Of a stretch of 64,000 nt of DNA, positions 11,055 through 22,207 are shown piece after piece. The stretch comes from an uncultured delta proteobacterium (GTDB lineage Bacteria; Desulfobacterota; Binatia; UBA9968). Position 1 is the stretch's first letter; every line of letters begins with the position of its first letter. Under the pieces are notes generated by a model. The model was not told the DNA's origin. It did not search any database and saw only the letters and a list, made by a program, of their open reading frames with translations. Position numbers and translations under genes: made by a program. The stretch is taken from positions 96,001 through 160,000 of the forward strand of contig CAVTUQ010000022.1 of NCBI GenBank assembly GCA_963737905.1. The letters run 5' to 3'.

Positions 11055-11762
11055 GGGTGTTCCTTGCTTTGATGGTTGATCCGATCCTTACGGTCGCATC
11101 AGAATTTTACCGTGCTCTTATATTCTTAACGAAAGAATTTAGCAAGTGAGATGCCACCTTGCGGACTATCCAAATTCAAGTACTTCGATCGATGGTGGAA
11201 AATGATAATGTATGCAGCCCTAACAACCGAAAGACGAGTTGGTGATGTGGTTTGGCTGCCGGCAAAAAAAACAGCTGCAGAGAGTATTTAGCGGAGATTT
11301 CTCTCAAATTGGAACTATTCCTAAATGTAAGTTCGATTGACATGCTGTAATCGAAAATGGAACGCTAGATAAAGTAACCCGCAGCGGGTTGAAAGTGTAA
11401 TCTGTTTCTAGAAAACTTGGATACACTGAATATTCCCCCCGATGTCGCCAATCAATTCACCCGTTGTGGCCAATCACGCAAGTTGCGTCCGGTTCGACGC
11501 GAAAGTGGAAGCCCGAGGTTTGAAAGCACCATCCGGCCATTTTTGTACTGAACTTTATCAACAATCTAATATGTGCCCATCCACACCCAGCGTCTTCCAA
11601 GAGCCCTTTGATATGGATTAGCTTTCTGGAGGCTTACCGTGCGGGAGAGAAATCAATTGCAGATTCCTTAAGGCGGGAAGTTGATCCCTTTTTGCAGAGT
11701 CTGCAATTTATGCCTCCTCGTTAAATTGCAGGAAGCACGAAGGCCTGACAGCCGCATACCTC

Positions 11763-11946
11763 GTGAAAGCAAAGACTTCAAATGCCCTCCCTTTCGCCAA
11801 GCTCCGGTTCATTGAACCGATGTATGCCCGGCTGGTTCAGAAGTTTTGCCGGAACGTGACGAATGGCTCTATGAAGTCAAGTTCGATGGCTCCGCTGTCT
11901 CGCCGGGAGGGATTCGACCGGAGTGACGCTCTGGTCCAGGCGGGGG
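11763..11946 (+). pseudogene. ATP-dependent DNA ligase (LigD-type) N-terminal fragment
   Basis: FIEPM, EWLYEVKFDG (KxDG adenylation motif), RCLAG..GVTLWSRRG across frames. Confidence 0.8.
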
Positions 11947-11955
11947 ACGAAGATA

Positions 11956-12769
11956 ATGTTTAAGGGAACCGTCACATTCTGTGCAACAATCAAAGGCAAT
12001 GGCCTGACATTTCCTTTGGTTGAGTTTAACCCGCACGAGCCAGGCATAGACAAGGTCGAGATCGAAGCAGATCAATTAGAGGTGGGAGATTGGCAGCACG
12101 GTGCATCTTGCTGCTGTTCAATCATGTAAGGCCAGGGATGGGCTGCTGCAACGAAGGTCAACACCGCAGCCCTCAAACCGCCTTGCTTTCTTCGAGAACA
12201 TCGCCATCGAGAATGCTCGCGTGGAGCGAGAGGACTTTTCCTCGTTGGACGATCAACCCGGCACCCACGTGCTCGTTGCAGGTACGGGCCGGTACTCGCT
12301 AATAGGTGGTGCTGTGAAGTTCGTTGTTGGTCGATCTCCCGAGCGGCTCAAAGAGAAGTTGGAGCAAGCAACGGTTCTGAGTGAGCGCTACTATGGACTC
12401 TTTCGGTCGGCCCGCCAGTCGATAAGTCCGGTTGAGGAGTTCATGCATCTCTATCACATTCTCCTGATGCTCTTCAATGACCGTCCAGGCCGAGTGGAGA
12501 TTTTATTCGAGAGAAGATCTGATGTTCCGCTGACACCGGACCCACACAAGGATCGAGAGTAGAGAATGGAGACGGTCTACACGCGGCTCCGAAACGAACT
12601 GGCTCACCAGCGAGCAGGTGTAAACCTTGACAACACCAAGGCAGAGATGTCGAACCGTCTGAGTCGATTGATCGCACTTACGAAGCGAGCAATCGAGTTG
12701 CAGGTTTTAGAGACTCGTCTTATTCTGGCAAAAAGCCCTCATCCCGTTTCGCACAAAGAAATCTTGTAG
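11956..12769 (+). pseudogene. HEPN-like (ApeA/MauJ-type) protein, frameshifted
   Basis: PVEEFMHLYHILLML helix and C-terminal Rx4H motif LRNELAH. Confidence 0.55.
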
Positions 12770-12854
12770 CCGCGAATCGGATGACAGATGACACCTCGTA
12801 TCACCCGTCACCACCTACCAGGATGTTCCGGTCATGCAGGCGACACTTGGTTAA

Positions 12855-13166
12855 CTATTTTTTTACCTCAAGATGATTGACGACTGTCTGAACGCCAGCC
12901 ACTTTCCATGCGAGTTTGATAGCATGTTCTCTCGCCTCCAGTGACGGCACAGTACCACTCAAATCGACTGATCCGTCAGTGGTTCTCACGTTTACATCTG
13001 TCAAATCTACTGACTTATCTTTAAGCAAGGTTTCTTTTACCGCTTTGGTAATGGCTGCATCTTTGTCACTCTCCCTGCGCGTCATTTCAGTAATCGTTTG
13101 GCAGCCTAATACAAGTGAAAAGATTACCACTAGCTTTACCGCAATGAGTTGTGGAACGAATTTCAT
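12855..13166 (-). CDS. BON-domain lipoprotein
   Basis: Lipobox VLGC; DAAITKAVK..L, V.TTDG.V.LSG.V, A.KVAGV..V.NHL. Confidence 0.88.
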   Translation of the reverse strand: MKFVPQLIAVKLVVIFSLVLGCQTITEMTRRESDKDAAITKAVKETLLKDKSVDLTDVNVRTTDGSVDLSGTVPSLEAREHAIKLAWKVAGVQTVVNHLEVKK

Positions 13167-13272
13167 AGATTTCCCTCCTGTCCTATTGGAACTGGAGAAT
13201 ATCCACATCTCCAGGATCGACCGGGAAAACCGCAGAAGAAGTAGGTTTTATAAAAACGATCAAAGTAGTGGG

Positions 13273-14571
13273 CTAATTCGCGCGCGACTGAGCCCCTGAT
13301 CCGGAACGAGGAAATCTTAGGATCGTCGAACGATTTTCTGCGACCAAGGATTTTAGAGTGATTCCATCCAACGCGTTTTGGACGGCTTGATCACGGCGCA
13401 GCAAGATATCGGCAGCAGGTCCGGAGTTCTTGTCGTCTTGTGTGGCTGAGTCGCCCACGATGTCCAGAATATCCTTAACGGCCAAGGTTTCGGGTGGTCT
13501 TGCCAACGCGACTCCCTCTGGTTCTGCGGACCTGAGCAGAATACCGGCTCTGACAAACTGGTCAACGAAATTCTCCAGGCTCGAGACTCCGAGATAGCCC
13601 GCCAGTTCGGTAGATTGCCAAGGATTTTCGCCGGAAAAATGGCGTCGTGTAATCTCGATTAAGGCCGAAAGTGCCAACCATTCCTCGAATCGATGCCCTC
13701 TCCCACCACGGAGTGCTTCGTGCACGAAAACGGAAGGGTATTGGTGAAAGTAGGTGACCTCAGCCCCGACCAAAAAAATCAGCCATCCGACATAAAGCCA
13801 GATGAGAAACACGATGATAATAGCAAAACTCGAATAGACGGCGGCGTACTGAGCGGAGTTAGCTACAAAGGCCGCGAATGCCATCCCGACCAGTTGCCAC
13901 AGAACCCCCGCCGTCGCGCCGCCGATAAGCGCCGAACTGAAGCGCACCTTCGTGTAGGGCATCAACTTGTAAAGAAATGTGAAAGTGGCACACAGCAGAA
14001 CGAACGGCATGACGCTGGTCGTCAGGGTAAAGATGTAACTGAAAAAGCCTATCTCAAAGAGGCGCTCTACGAGCCAGTAACTTTGCGCCGAGGCGATAAG
14101 CGTCAACGCGGTAAAAACCATCACCGGTCCGACTAAAACCACACTCAAATAGGTCGTGACTCGCTGCGGCCACGTGCGCGACCGCGGCAAACGCCAGATC
14201 TGATTCAATGCGTCTTCCACCTTGGCGACAAGCGTGACGACCGTGTAAAACAACATGGCCACGCCGACCGCGCCTAAAATACCAACCCGAATGTTGTCAA
14301 CAAACTTGATGATTCTGTTGGCGACCTGTGATGCTTCTTGTCCGAGTGGCTGAAGCATCTGCGTTAAAAAGGGTTCGAGCACATTCTGTACTTCAAAAGC
14401 CTTTAATACGGAAAACATTACGGCAAGGAAGGGGACGAGCGATAGTAACGTCGAGTAAGTCAAACTCATCGCCTGAAGATTCAAAATGTCATCGCGATAT
14501 CTTGCATTGGCGACGACGGTCGCCCGGTAAATAGCGCTTTGAATTTTGGTGAGAATCCCAGGCATGATCAA
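13273..14571 (-). CDS. YihY/BrkB-family membrane protein with C-terminal Rrf2-like HTH
   Basis: LTYSTLLSLVP, EDALNQIW, YSSFA..LIWLY..W.IFLVGAE; C-terminal LARPPETLAVKDIL. Confidence 0.9.
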   Translation of the reverse strand: MIMPGILTKIQSAIYRATVVANARYRDDILNLQAMSLTYSTLLSLVPFLAVMFSVLKAFEVQNVLEPFLTQMLQPLGQEASQVANRIIKFVDNIRVGILGAVGVAMLFYTVVTLVAKVEDALNQIWRLPRSRTWPQRVTTYLSVVLVGPVMVFTALTLIASAQSYWLVERLFEIGFFSYIFTLTTSVMPFVLLCATFTFLYKLMPYTKVRFSSALIGGATAGVLWQLVGMAFAAFVANSAQYAAVYSSFAIIIVFLIWLYVGWLIFLVGAEVTYFHQYPSVFVHEALRGGRGHRFEEWLALSALIEITRRHFSGENPWQSTELAGYLGVSSLENFVDQFVRAGILLRSAEPEGVALARPPETLAVKDILDIVGDSATQDDKNSGPAADILLRRDQAVQNALDGITLKSLVAENRSTILRFPRSGSGAQSRAN

Positions 14572-14740
14572 CCGTCTTGCCTTGAGAACATTATTCCATT
14601 GTGAACGGAAAACAACGCGTCGCCCACTCCACCTTGCGCGGGTATATTGGCTGCCAGTGTTCGTGCGATTATGGTTTACGTCGTAAAAAGAGCAAAGCTT
14701 CCTTTTGTGAAAAGTTTGCGAAGAGATGACTCTATTTATT

Positions 14741-15328
14741 TTAAAACTTTGGTAGCGCAGCTTTCTCCTGATCCGAGTACTTCGACATCACCGCCAAATC
14801 TTCCAAGGTGATTTGGATATTTCCGCTCAGCTCGTGCTTGAAATTGAGAGCGGAAGCGCCGTCGTTCCAATCCGCGGTTCGCCCTTCGCCTATAGGTGGC
14901 CCGTATTTGTCGGTAGTCTGCTTGACTAACTGTTCCCAGCCGCCGAGTCCGAAATCACGATAATCAATCATCATCAAAGCCAGTCTGCCTGCAACGAAAA
15001 GAGCACCCATATTGATCGCTCCCTCCGGAAGAGTTCCGGTACATCGATAGTAGTTTCCGTCAGGACCGATTTTACCGGCATAACCTCCCTTTTGAGCGGC
15101 TTTGAATGAAGCTTCATCATCACCGAGCGTAAGGCCTGCATGACTTCTGTCTAGAGCTCGGCGCGCATTTGGCTTTGGCTGATCTGCGTTTGGAGCTTGA
15201 GGGCGACCTGTTCCAATCGCCTCATAGTGGACGATACCCTTTCCGTCCACCCACTTTTTGACTTGGGCGAAAGCGGGAATGGAAGACAAAGTTGATAGAA
15301 TCGCGAGAACGGAAATTATAAGTCGCAT
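14741..15328 (-). CDS. Secreted DUF4124-like protein
   Basis: Signal peptide followed by QVKKWVDGKGIVHY. Confidence 0.7.
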   Translation of the reverse strand: MRLIISVLAILSTLSSIPAFAQVKKWVDGKGIVHYEAIGTGRPQAPNADQPKPNARRALDRSHAGLTLGDDEASFKAAQKGGYAGKIGPDGNYYRCTGTLPEGAINMGALFVAGRLALMMIDYRDFGLGGWEQLVKQTTDKYGPPIGEGRTADWNDGASALNFKHELSGNIQITLEDLAVMSKYSDQEKAALPKF

Positions 15329-16547
15329 TGGACCTCATCCTTTCTCGGCGGTCAGTGCCCGGAACTGTTGCCACAGGCTTTCCGGAAAACTTTCTTTAAT
15401 TAATAATACATCGACGGAATCGATAGAAAAGATATTTCACCGCAACGATTCAAGGTTTTCGGCTTTGCCCCGATGGATGCACGATGACCAATCACTCACT
15501 TCGGTGATTCAATAATTCACCCGCCCTATTTCCACGCTGCGAAGATTTCCGGCGTCCGCTGTTGGCATGCAAGGTTTTTGGCTGAAACAGTTCAAAACAC
15601 TTTGCGAGTTCGAGAACCGGTAAATTCGGGATATCGGCGGGGGCCTTATCGCCGAAGACCTCTTCCAAAAAAGGATGTTCTCGAATATTCTCCCTGTCGT
15701 TGTTTTTTCGTGACGGCGAGCCATAAACATCTCCTTATTAGCAAAAAAGTTCCACTGGGCTGATGAAAGACGGGTTTAAAACCACGCGTCCGTTGTCCAA
15801 TAATTCTCCCCTCGTCGCAACGAACCTTGCAAGATTTATCCGCAAGACATATGCCACAGTAAATCTCGCTAAATATCATTCTAGCTTGCGGAATTTAGAT
15901 ATTTCAGATTTTGTTGTATGAATTTTCCTGCACGATCGGTTAGGAAAATCTGAACACTAGAAATTACCCGAGCTGTGCCCATTTATCTTTTTCGGGGATT
16001 CAGCCCCAGAAAAACTTCTGATTAGTCGTCGTAATTATTGGAAATGAGAACGATGTGCAAAAACGAGAAAGAGAGAAGAATCACGCGGCCAATAAGTATA
16101 GGGGTCATTACTCATGATCATCCGGCCGTTCTTTCCCAGATTGTGAAGCATATCTCATACTACCTTCCGCAGAAAAGCTATGCGGCCGGGTTGTAAAGGA
16201 CGCCCAAGAATACGCAACACTTAAAATGAGGGTGACCACGGCGAATTCAAAAGGAATGGCAGAGTACCTCGAAGGGAAGCAAAACTACATCGACCGAATC
16301 ACCCACACGGCTCTAGCCCAAGGCTACGGGAGACTGAATGCCTAACCAGAGGGTCGTGGCAAATCGGAGCCACAGTTTCACGGATAGGAATGGAATTTGT
16401 GGGTGTCTTTAGGTAGACCCGTCTGAGACGCGTAACACGCCCTGAAATCCTACCGCGTTCGGGGTAAAAGAAGCCGAGGAGACGACCGGGGCCAAGCATA
16501 GAAGCTAGGCCATTCAGCCAAATAACGTTGGAGCCGGCTGTTTTCAG

Positions 16548-16766
16548 TTAAATGCGCGGTCGGTGCTGGTGACTCCCTCGGTTTCGAGCTGAAGTCTGTT
16601 TGCTTCTAATATCGACTTCCTCTGCATGAAGATGGAGCCTTTTTGCCTCTTCAAAACAGGGGGAGCAAACAATCAGGTCAAGCAGGGTGATGCCTGCTTC
16701 TTCGCTCGTAACGCGATAGGCGTTACCTACTATCGACCCACCGCAATGTTCACAAGTGTGTTCCAT
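16548..16766 (-). CDS. Small zinc-finger-like protein
   Basis: CEHC...CSPC. Confidence 0.55.
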   Translation of the reverse strand: MEHTCEHCGGSIVGNAYRVTSEEAGITLLDLIVCSPCFEEAKRLHLHAEEVDIRSKQTSARNRGSHQHRPRI

Positions 16767-17023
16767 AATTGTCTTTCACTGGCAAACAAGATGCCATATT
16801 GGGACTGATTGTCACGAATATTGGATCGGGTAAATCCGTAGCCTTTACGGATTACGAAGGCATTTTATCTACCAAACAAGTATGACTCTCGTCGATTCGA
16901 TAGTAATAGATGAAGGAAATTCCCATCGTCAACTAAATTTTTGTAAGCTAATCGTGTACAAAAACTCTCTCGTCATTTTGAGAGGGCTGTCGGCCTATTT
17001 CACGGGTGCCCTAAGGATTTGTC

Positions 17024-17302
17024 TTAGTGCAATGTGCGGGAAAGTCTGATTGCCTCTTCGATCTCAGCGACAGCCTCAGGGCAGTACATCTCAGCAGCAG
17101 CGAGAATCATTCGTGCATGAAATTTATCGCAGAGGACCGCAACGGTTCTAATTTCGTTATCTGTTTCAAAATGGTGCAATACTAGGCCATTTTTTAGAAT
17201 GGCGTAAATGCGAGACTCCTCGTCAAACTCGCTCAGTATACGGTCGTAATGTTGTGGGGAAATGTCGAGCAATATTTTCACGGGAGTCGCATTATTATAC
17301 AT
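17024..17302 (-). CDS. Small hypothetical protein, paralog family A (CD..A..L...A..YCPE)
   Basis: Shares its C-terminal motif with 21231-21458 and 22961-23215. Confidence 0.7.
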   Translation of the reverse strand: MYNNATPVKILLDISPQHYDRILSEFDEESRIYAILKNGLVLHHFETDNEIRTVAVLCDKFHARMILAAAEMYCPEAVAEIEEAIRLSRTLH

Positions 17303-17698
17303 CCTTAAACGCCACGAGCAACGAGCGATGATCAAGGTTTTTAGCTGGAACTAGAAAAATTTGGTGCTTATCTCCCTGAATGGATTGCCTGCCTGTCTTG
17401 GTGCAACTGAGGCTACGGCTGCTTTGTTTCTCAACAGGGCATCGCGCCATTGGCGTCCGGCCGATCAATTTATAACCATCACCTCAGGTCGAACCACCAG
17501 CGGCTGAATAAACCTTGGTTTCGCATCGACGTAGCGACCGCCCTTGACGAGTCACAAATATCAGTCATTATTTTCTTAGACCATCTACCGGCAACGGCTG
17601 GCAGAGAGCTGCGAATACGAAGAAGGAGTAAGTGCCATGTTCGTCGAGAATTGACGATGATTATTGGCAGACGGGATCTCTTTCCCGAGGGAGGCTCT

Positions 17699-18241
17699 AT
17701 GCAATCAAAGACTCGCGCTATTGTTATGGTAGTGATCATGGGGTTAATGGTCGGCTGCAGCACAGGATCAGTCACTAAGGAGGAAGGAGACTCTCTCTTG
17801 AAGAGTGCCCAGGCTTCAAGGCAGGAATGGAACAAAGTGGATCCGCAGTTTGAGGCCTTTGCCAAGAATGGTTATGGCTACGCTTTTTTCCCAGAGATCA
17901 CCAAAGGCGGCTTGCTCGTGGGTGGAGCCAATGGTCGAGGTGTCGTCTACGAGAAGGGCCAACACATCGGTTACGCGGACTTGACCCAGGTATCAGCCGG
18001 CTTTCAAGCCGGCCTTCAGGACTATAGCCAGCTTATTGTGTTCGAGAACCAGGCGGCGATGGACAAATTCAAACGAAACGAGATTGATTTTGGCGCCAAC
18101 GCCTCCGCAGTATACGCGGATAAGGGCGCCGCAGCGAATGCCCAGTTCGTTGATGGTATAGCGGTATTTGTCAGGCCGATACGAGGTGCGATGGCGGAGG
18201 CATCCCTTGGCGGACAGCAAATAACGTATCTGCCGAAGTGA
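17699..18241 (+). CDS. YSC84/SYLF-like lipid-binding lipoprotein
   Basis: GGAGG RBS, lipobox MVGC, FPEITKGGLLVGGANGRG, SAGFQAG, GAMAEASLGGQ. Confidence 0.8.
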   Translation: MQSKTRAIVMVVIMGLMVGCSTGSVTKEEGDSLLKSAQASRQEWNKVDPQFEAFAKNGYGYAFFPEITKGGLLVGGANGRGVVYEKGQHIGYADLTQVSAGFQAGLQDYSQLIVFENQAAMDKFKRNEIDFGANASAVYADKGAAANAQFVDGIAVFVRPIRGAMAEASLGGQQITYLPK

Positions 18242-18339
18242 TTGCCATAACCAAGTTCAATGGTCTCACGTTAGTTGACCTTTTCTACTTAGCGGTTTTC
18301 TTCTTCTGGAGGAGTGTAAGCAAAAACTGAAAAAACCTT

Positions 18340-18495
18340 TTATATTCTCCGCCGAGTCTCGTGTTCTTCCCAAAAATAGGAGTAGTGACCGCGAGCAGAT
18401 TCATAGATTCCCACTTCTGTCTCCCAGTCGATTTTGGTTAGGGGAAGCCCGCACTCTTTACCGTCAACGAGCACCAGGCAGATCTTGTCTTTCAT
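18340..18495 (-). CDS. Small hypothetical protein
   Basis: MKDKICLVLVDGKECGLPL...; starts 15 nt from the IS end. Confidence 0.4.
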   Translation of the reverse strand: MKDKICLVLVDGKECGLPLTKIDWETEVGIYESARGHYSYFWEEHETRRRI

Positions 18496-18632
18496 ATCGC
18501 GCCGTCTGGATGCGTATTCCGATGAAATCGGCACCGATTCCGAAGCAAATCGGCAATCCGAGGAGTCGGAGCGAAGCGACGCTGGGATTTTGTTCATAAC
18601 CTAAGGGTCCTGTTGGTTGCAAGTCCGTTAAA

Positions 18633-19361
18633 TCATTTCTTGGTTTTTCTGATCGACTCTCCTTTCAGTTCGATTTTGTAAGCGTGGTGCAGCAAGCGAT
18701 CCAAGATGGCATCGGCGACGGTGGGTTCACCGATGATGGTATGCCAGTCTTTGATCGGGCACTGGCTGGTGATGACAGTGGGATTTTTCTGATAGCGGTC
18801 CTCGATGATTTCGAGCAGATCGTTACGTTGCGAATCATCGAGTGGAGTCAGAAACAGATCATCGAGGATAAGCAGTTGGACCTTGGCCAAGCGGGTGAGC
18901 ATTTTGAGATGGGAGCCGTCGGCTTTGGCTTGAAGGAGCATTTCGAACAGACGCGGAGCGCGCAGATAGAGTACAGTGTAACCGTGGCGCGCAGCGAAGT
19001 TGCCGAGCGCGCAGGCGATGTAACTTTTGCCGACGCCCGTGGGGCCGGTCAGGAGCACGGTATGGTGGCGGGTGATCCAGTCCGTAGAGGAGAGTTCCAA
19101 GATCGTCTGTTTGTTTAAGCCTCTGGAATGTTTGTAATCGATGTCTTCGAGACAAGCGGGTTGGGTGAGCTTGGCGTTAAGGAGGAGACGTTTTAAGCGA
19201 AGATTATCGCGGTAGGTTTTTTCGTCTTGAACGATCAGACCGAAGAACTCCGGGTGGGAGAGATCGGCGGATGCGGGATGAGCGATCTTGTCGCCGAAGC
19301 TTCGTGCCATGCCGAAGAGTTTTAAAGCGTTAAGAGTTTGCAGAGTTTGTTCGTTGAGCAT
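18633..19361 (-). CDS. istB: IS21 helper ATPase
   Basis: GPTGVGKS, LLILDD, ADAILDRL. Confidence 0.96.
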   Translation of the reverse strand: MLNEQTLQTLNALKLFGMARSFGDKIAHPASADLSHPEFFGLIVQDEKTYRDNLRLKRLLLNAKLTQPACLEDIDYKHSRGLNKQTILELSSTDWITRHHTVLLTGPTGVGKSYIACALGNFAARHGYTVLYLRAPRLFEMLLQAKADGSHLKMLTRLAKVQLLILDDLFLTPLDDSQRNDLLEIIEDRYQKNPTVITSQCPIKDWHTIIGEPTVADAILDRLLHHAYKIELKGESIRKTKK

Positions 19362-19492
19362 CGGAGATTTTCCTTTCGTGTTTGGGTTGTGGTTGCAATG
19401 GGGGGAGAGTCTACCCCTTCACCCCATTGAGAACGTTCGTTAATGAGGCTTTAAACGCGTCATTTTTTGTTTCGGTCATCTGATTTTCACCC

Positions 19493-21040
19493 TCAGTGGT
19501 AATACTGGCCGCCGCGGATGTTGTCGTGCGCGGGCAGTGTCGTCGTCGAGCCAGAGTCTTTTTCTTCCAATCGATCGAGTCCGTTCTCCAACATTTTGCG
19601 CAGCGCTTTGAGCGAGAGATTGGAGTAGCGCAGCGCCCGAGCGGCGGCGTTTTCCAGACGTTCTTTGGGGTAATGTTTATCGAGGCGCAGGATCCCCAAG
19701 CACGAGCGATAGCCTTGCTCAGGGTGGGCGCGACTCTCGATGATGGTTTGCACCAGCCGAGCGGTGTGGGGACCGGTCTTCTGCGCCCAGTGGATGAATC
19801 GGGCGGGACTCCATTCAGAATACTTCTGGTGTGCTGGCGGCATGTGTTCCTTGAGGGTGGTGTGTTGATGGGGCACATAGCTTCGGACATGGCTGGCCAC
19901 GCGTTCGCCTTTTCGGAAGGCCTCCACGGTGTGGGCGGTCAACCGAACTTGGAGCTTTTCGCCCTTCAGTTCATGCGGCACGCTGTAGTAGTGATCGTCG
20001 ACTTCAATGTGGTAGTCGATGCTGACGGTGGCGATCTTCCACTCGGCGTATTCGTAAGCTTTCTGTGGCAGTGGCAAAGCGTTGGGCTGATCGAACAGAA
20101 CAAAGAGTTCGCGGCGCGATTGTTTGAGTTTGCGCAGCGCTCGGTTATTCAAACGTTCCAGCAATTCACCAATGGCCGTATTGAGATCGGCCAGGGTGTA
20201 GAACCTGCGGTGGCGTAAGACGGATAAGATCCAGCGCTTGGCGATCAGTACGCCGTTTTCGACCTTGGCCTTGTCCCTGGGGCGAGCGGGACGTGCCGGT
20301 ATAACACAAACGCCGTAGTGGCTGGCCATGTCCGCATAGGTTGGATTTATCTCCGGCTCGTAGCGGCAGGCGCGACTGACGGCGCTCTTGAGGCAATCGG
20401 GCACCACAACTTTGGAGACACAGCCGAAGTAATCAAACGCTCGGGTGTGCGAGCCAATCCAATCCGGCAGTTGCTGAGTGAGAGAGGCTTCGGCGAAGGT
20501 GTAAGTCGAGGCGCCCCAGACGGCGACGAAGAGCTCGGTTGAGATCAGATCGCCGGTTTGCGGATCGACCAATGGTAGCCCTTCGCCATAGTCGATAAAC
20601 AGTTTCTCGCCGCCCTTGTGGTCCTGACGCATCGAGTAATCGAGCTTGGATCGGTAATCGCGATAGAGCTGACAGAACTGCGAGTACTGGTAGCCGTCAG
20701 GATGTTGTTCCCGATACTCGCGCCAGAGCTGATCGAGGGTGAGATTGAACTTCTTGTGGGCTTTGAGCTCGCGGTAGATGTAATCGAAATCCGGCAGCGC
20801 TTTGGCTGGTGCTTCAACAGAGACTGGGGGCGGAAACAGTCTTTGCTCCAACGCCTCTTCGGTTAAGTCTTCGGGCAAAGGCCAGGACAACCCCGCTTTC
20901 TGAGCCCGCTCTTGATAGTTTGTGACGGTGCTGCGGCTGATGTTTAAGCTCAGCGCCACTTGCCGCGTGTTCAGATGAGTGTCGTGGGTCAGACGCAGAA
21001 CATCTTTGATCTTACGCATGGATAACCTCGTATTGGCCAT
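19493..21040 (-). CDS. istA: IS21 DDE transposase
   Basis: N-terminal HTH, FIDY, VPDCLKSAV, PRDKAKVE, HDNIRGGQYYH. Confidence 0.96.
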   Translation of the reverse strand: MANTRLSMRKIKDVLRLTHDTHLNTRQVALSLNISRSTVTNYQERAQKAGLSWPLPEDLTEEALEQRLFPPPVSVEAPAKALPDFDYIYRELKAHKKFNLTLDQLWREYREQHPDGYQYSQFCQLYRDYRSKLDYSMRQDHKGGEKLFIDYGEGLPLVDPQTGDLISTELFVAVWGASTYTFAEASLTQQLPDWIGSHTRAFDYFGCVSKVVVPDCLKSAVSRACRYEPEINPTYADMASHYGVCVIPARPARPRDKAKVENGVLIAKRWILSVLRHRRFYTLADLNTAIGELLERLNNRALRKLKQSRRELFVLFDQPNALPLPQKAYEYAEWKIATVSIDYHIEVDDHYYSVPHELKGEKLQVRLTAHTVEAFRKGERVASHVRSYVPHQHTTLKEHMPPAHQKYSEWSPARFIHWAQKTGPHTARLVQTIIESRAHPEQGYRSCLGILRLDKHYPKERLENAAARALRYSNLSLKALRKMLENGLDRLEEKDSGSTTTLPAHDNIRGGQYYH

Positions 21041-21230
21041 TCAACCTCCTTGGCTTTTTAAGCCAGGGAGGATAACAGCCCGGTTATCCAGCGTCGCTTG
21101 CTGGGTTAGCTCACCCTAAACAGGGGTGCCGATTTGCATCGGAACAGAGGAAGAGTGTCGTTTTGCCAGCGGAATGGGTGTCGATTTAGGTCGGAATACG
21201 CACCTGGAAGAGAGATTTAAAGAATCAGAG

Positions 21231-21458
21231 TTAACTGGCGAGCTTGAAAACTGCGTCGATCTCGGAAACCGCTTCGGGGCAATACTTTTTTGCCGCGTCA
21301 TAAAGGATTTCCGCCTCCGACCGATCGCAAACGATCAGATACTTCTGTATGGCCCTGATCTCGACGGCCTTCTTGAAAATAGGCCAAGGTGGAGAAGGCT
21401 GCTTGATCCGACTGAGAAACAACTGATGGGATATCGACGACAAAGAGATGACCATCAA
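21231..21458 (-). CDS. Small hypothetical protein, paralog family A
   Basis: CDRSEAEILYDAAKKYCPEAVSEI. Confidence 0.65.
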   Translation of the reverse strand: MMVISLSSISHQLFLSRIKQPSPPWPIFKKAVEIRAIQKYLIVCDRSEAEILYDAAKKYCPEAVSEIDAVFKLAS

Positions 21459-21508
21459 TACACCGCCTTATTAGCACACCCTTTATTCGTGCTGTCGTGT
21501 GAGCAGGA

Positions 21509-21859
21509 TCAGGCTGCTGGTTTAACGTCTATCTTATCGTTGACCGCAAGTCCCGGTTTTGCGCTCTTTGCTAACCCTATTGCTTTTTTACGTGCGGCAT
21601 GGGTGCGTACAATTCCTGACAATGTTACCTCATTTCTCACCGCGTCAGCGTTCACGCTAAGATAGGCTGATTTTAATTCCGGATCGGTTTCAAGTTTTGC
21701 GTGAATGGCGTTTTCTAAATCGGAGTCTCTCATCGAGGTGTTCAAGCGTTCAAGTTTGTGGATGGATGGACTTGCAGTTCCGATAACTGGTTGTCGACCG
21801 CGTTCGTCGCATCCTATGAACATTAAATTGAGCCCGAAGACCAAAATATATTTTCCCAT
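21509..21859 (-). CDS. BON-domain lipoprotein
   Basis: FIGC lipobox; DSDLENAIHAKL, EVTLSGIV, VNDKIDV. Confidence 0.8.
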   Translation of the reverse strand: MGKYILVFGLNLMFIGCDERGRQPVIGTASPSIHKLERLNTSMRDSDLENAIHAKLETDPELKSAYLSVNADAVRNEVTLSGIVRTHAARKKAIGLAKSAKPGLAVNDKIDVKPAA

Positions 21860-22207
21860 AAGAGCGGTCCCTTTTTATTATAATCATACAAAGGATGTGC
21901 CAACTGTTAACCGATTTATTCCTAGTGAAGAGTTGGTGGTGATTTCTATAAAATTTTCCTGAGTATTTTCTCAGGCAACGTTCACTTCTACTGATATAGA
22001 AATTTCGGGGCCGTATTAAAATTACTGATACTTTGTAAGAGATTGACGCATAAGGAACCGAGTTCAGTGGCCTGAAGCGGATGGAAGAAGCCATTCAGCC
22101 GGTCAAATGATCAAGGCTTAGATTTTAGGGGATGGACTGGAGTAGTGGTGACAACAAAGCGTCGCTTGTAATGCTGCTGCTTAGAGTAGTAGTGAGAGAG
22201 TAAAATT

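Larger units (their letters stand above)
18511..21202 (-). mobile_element. IS21-family insertion sequence
   Basis: Terminal IRs TGCGTATTCCGA.../...TCGGAATACGCA with internal ATCGGCAC-type repeats; flanks TCTGGA / CCTGGA form an imperfect target duplication; istA and istB present. Confidence 0.95.
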
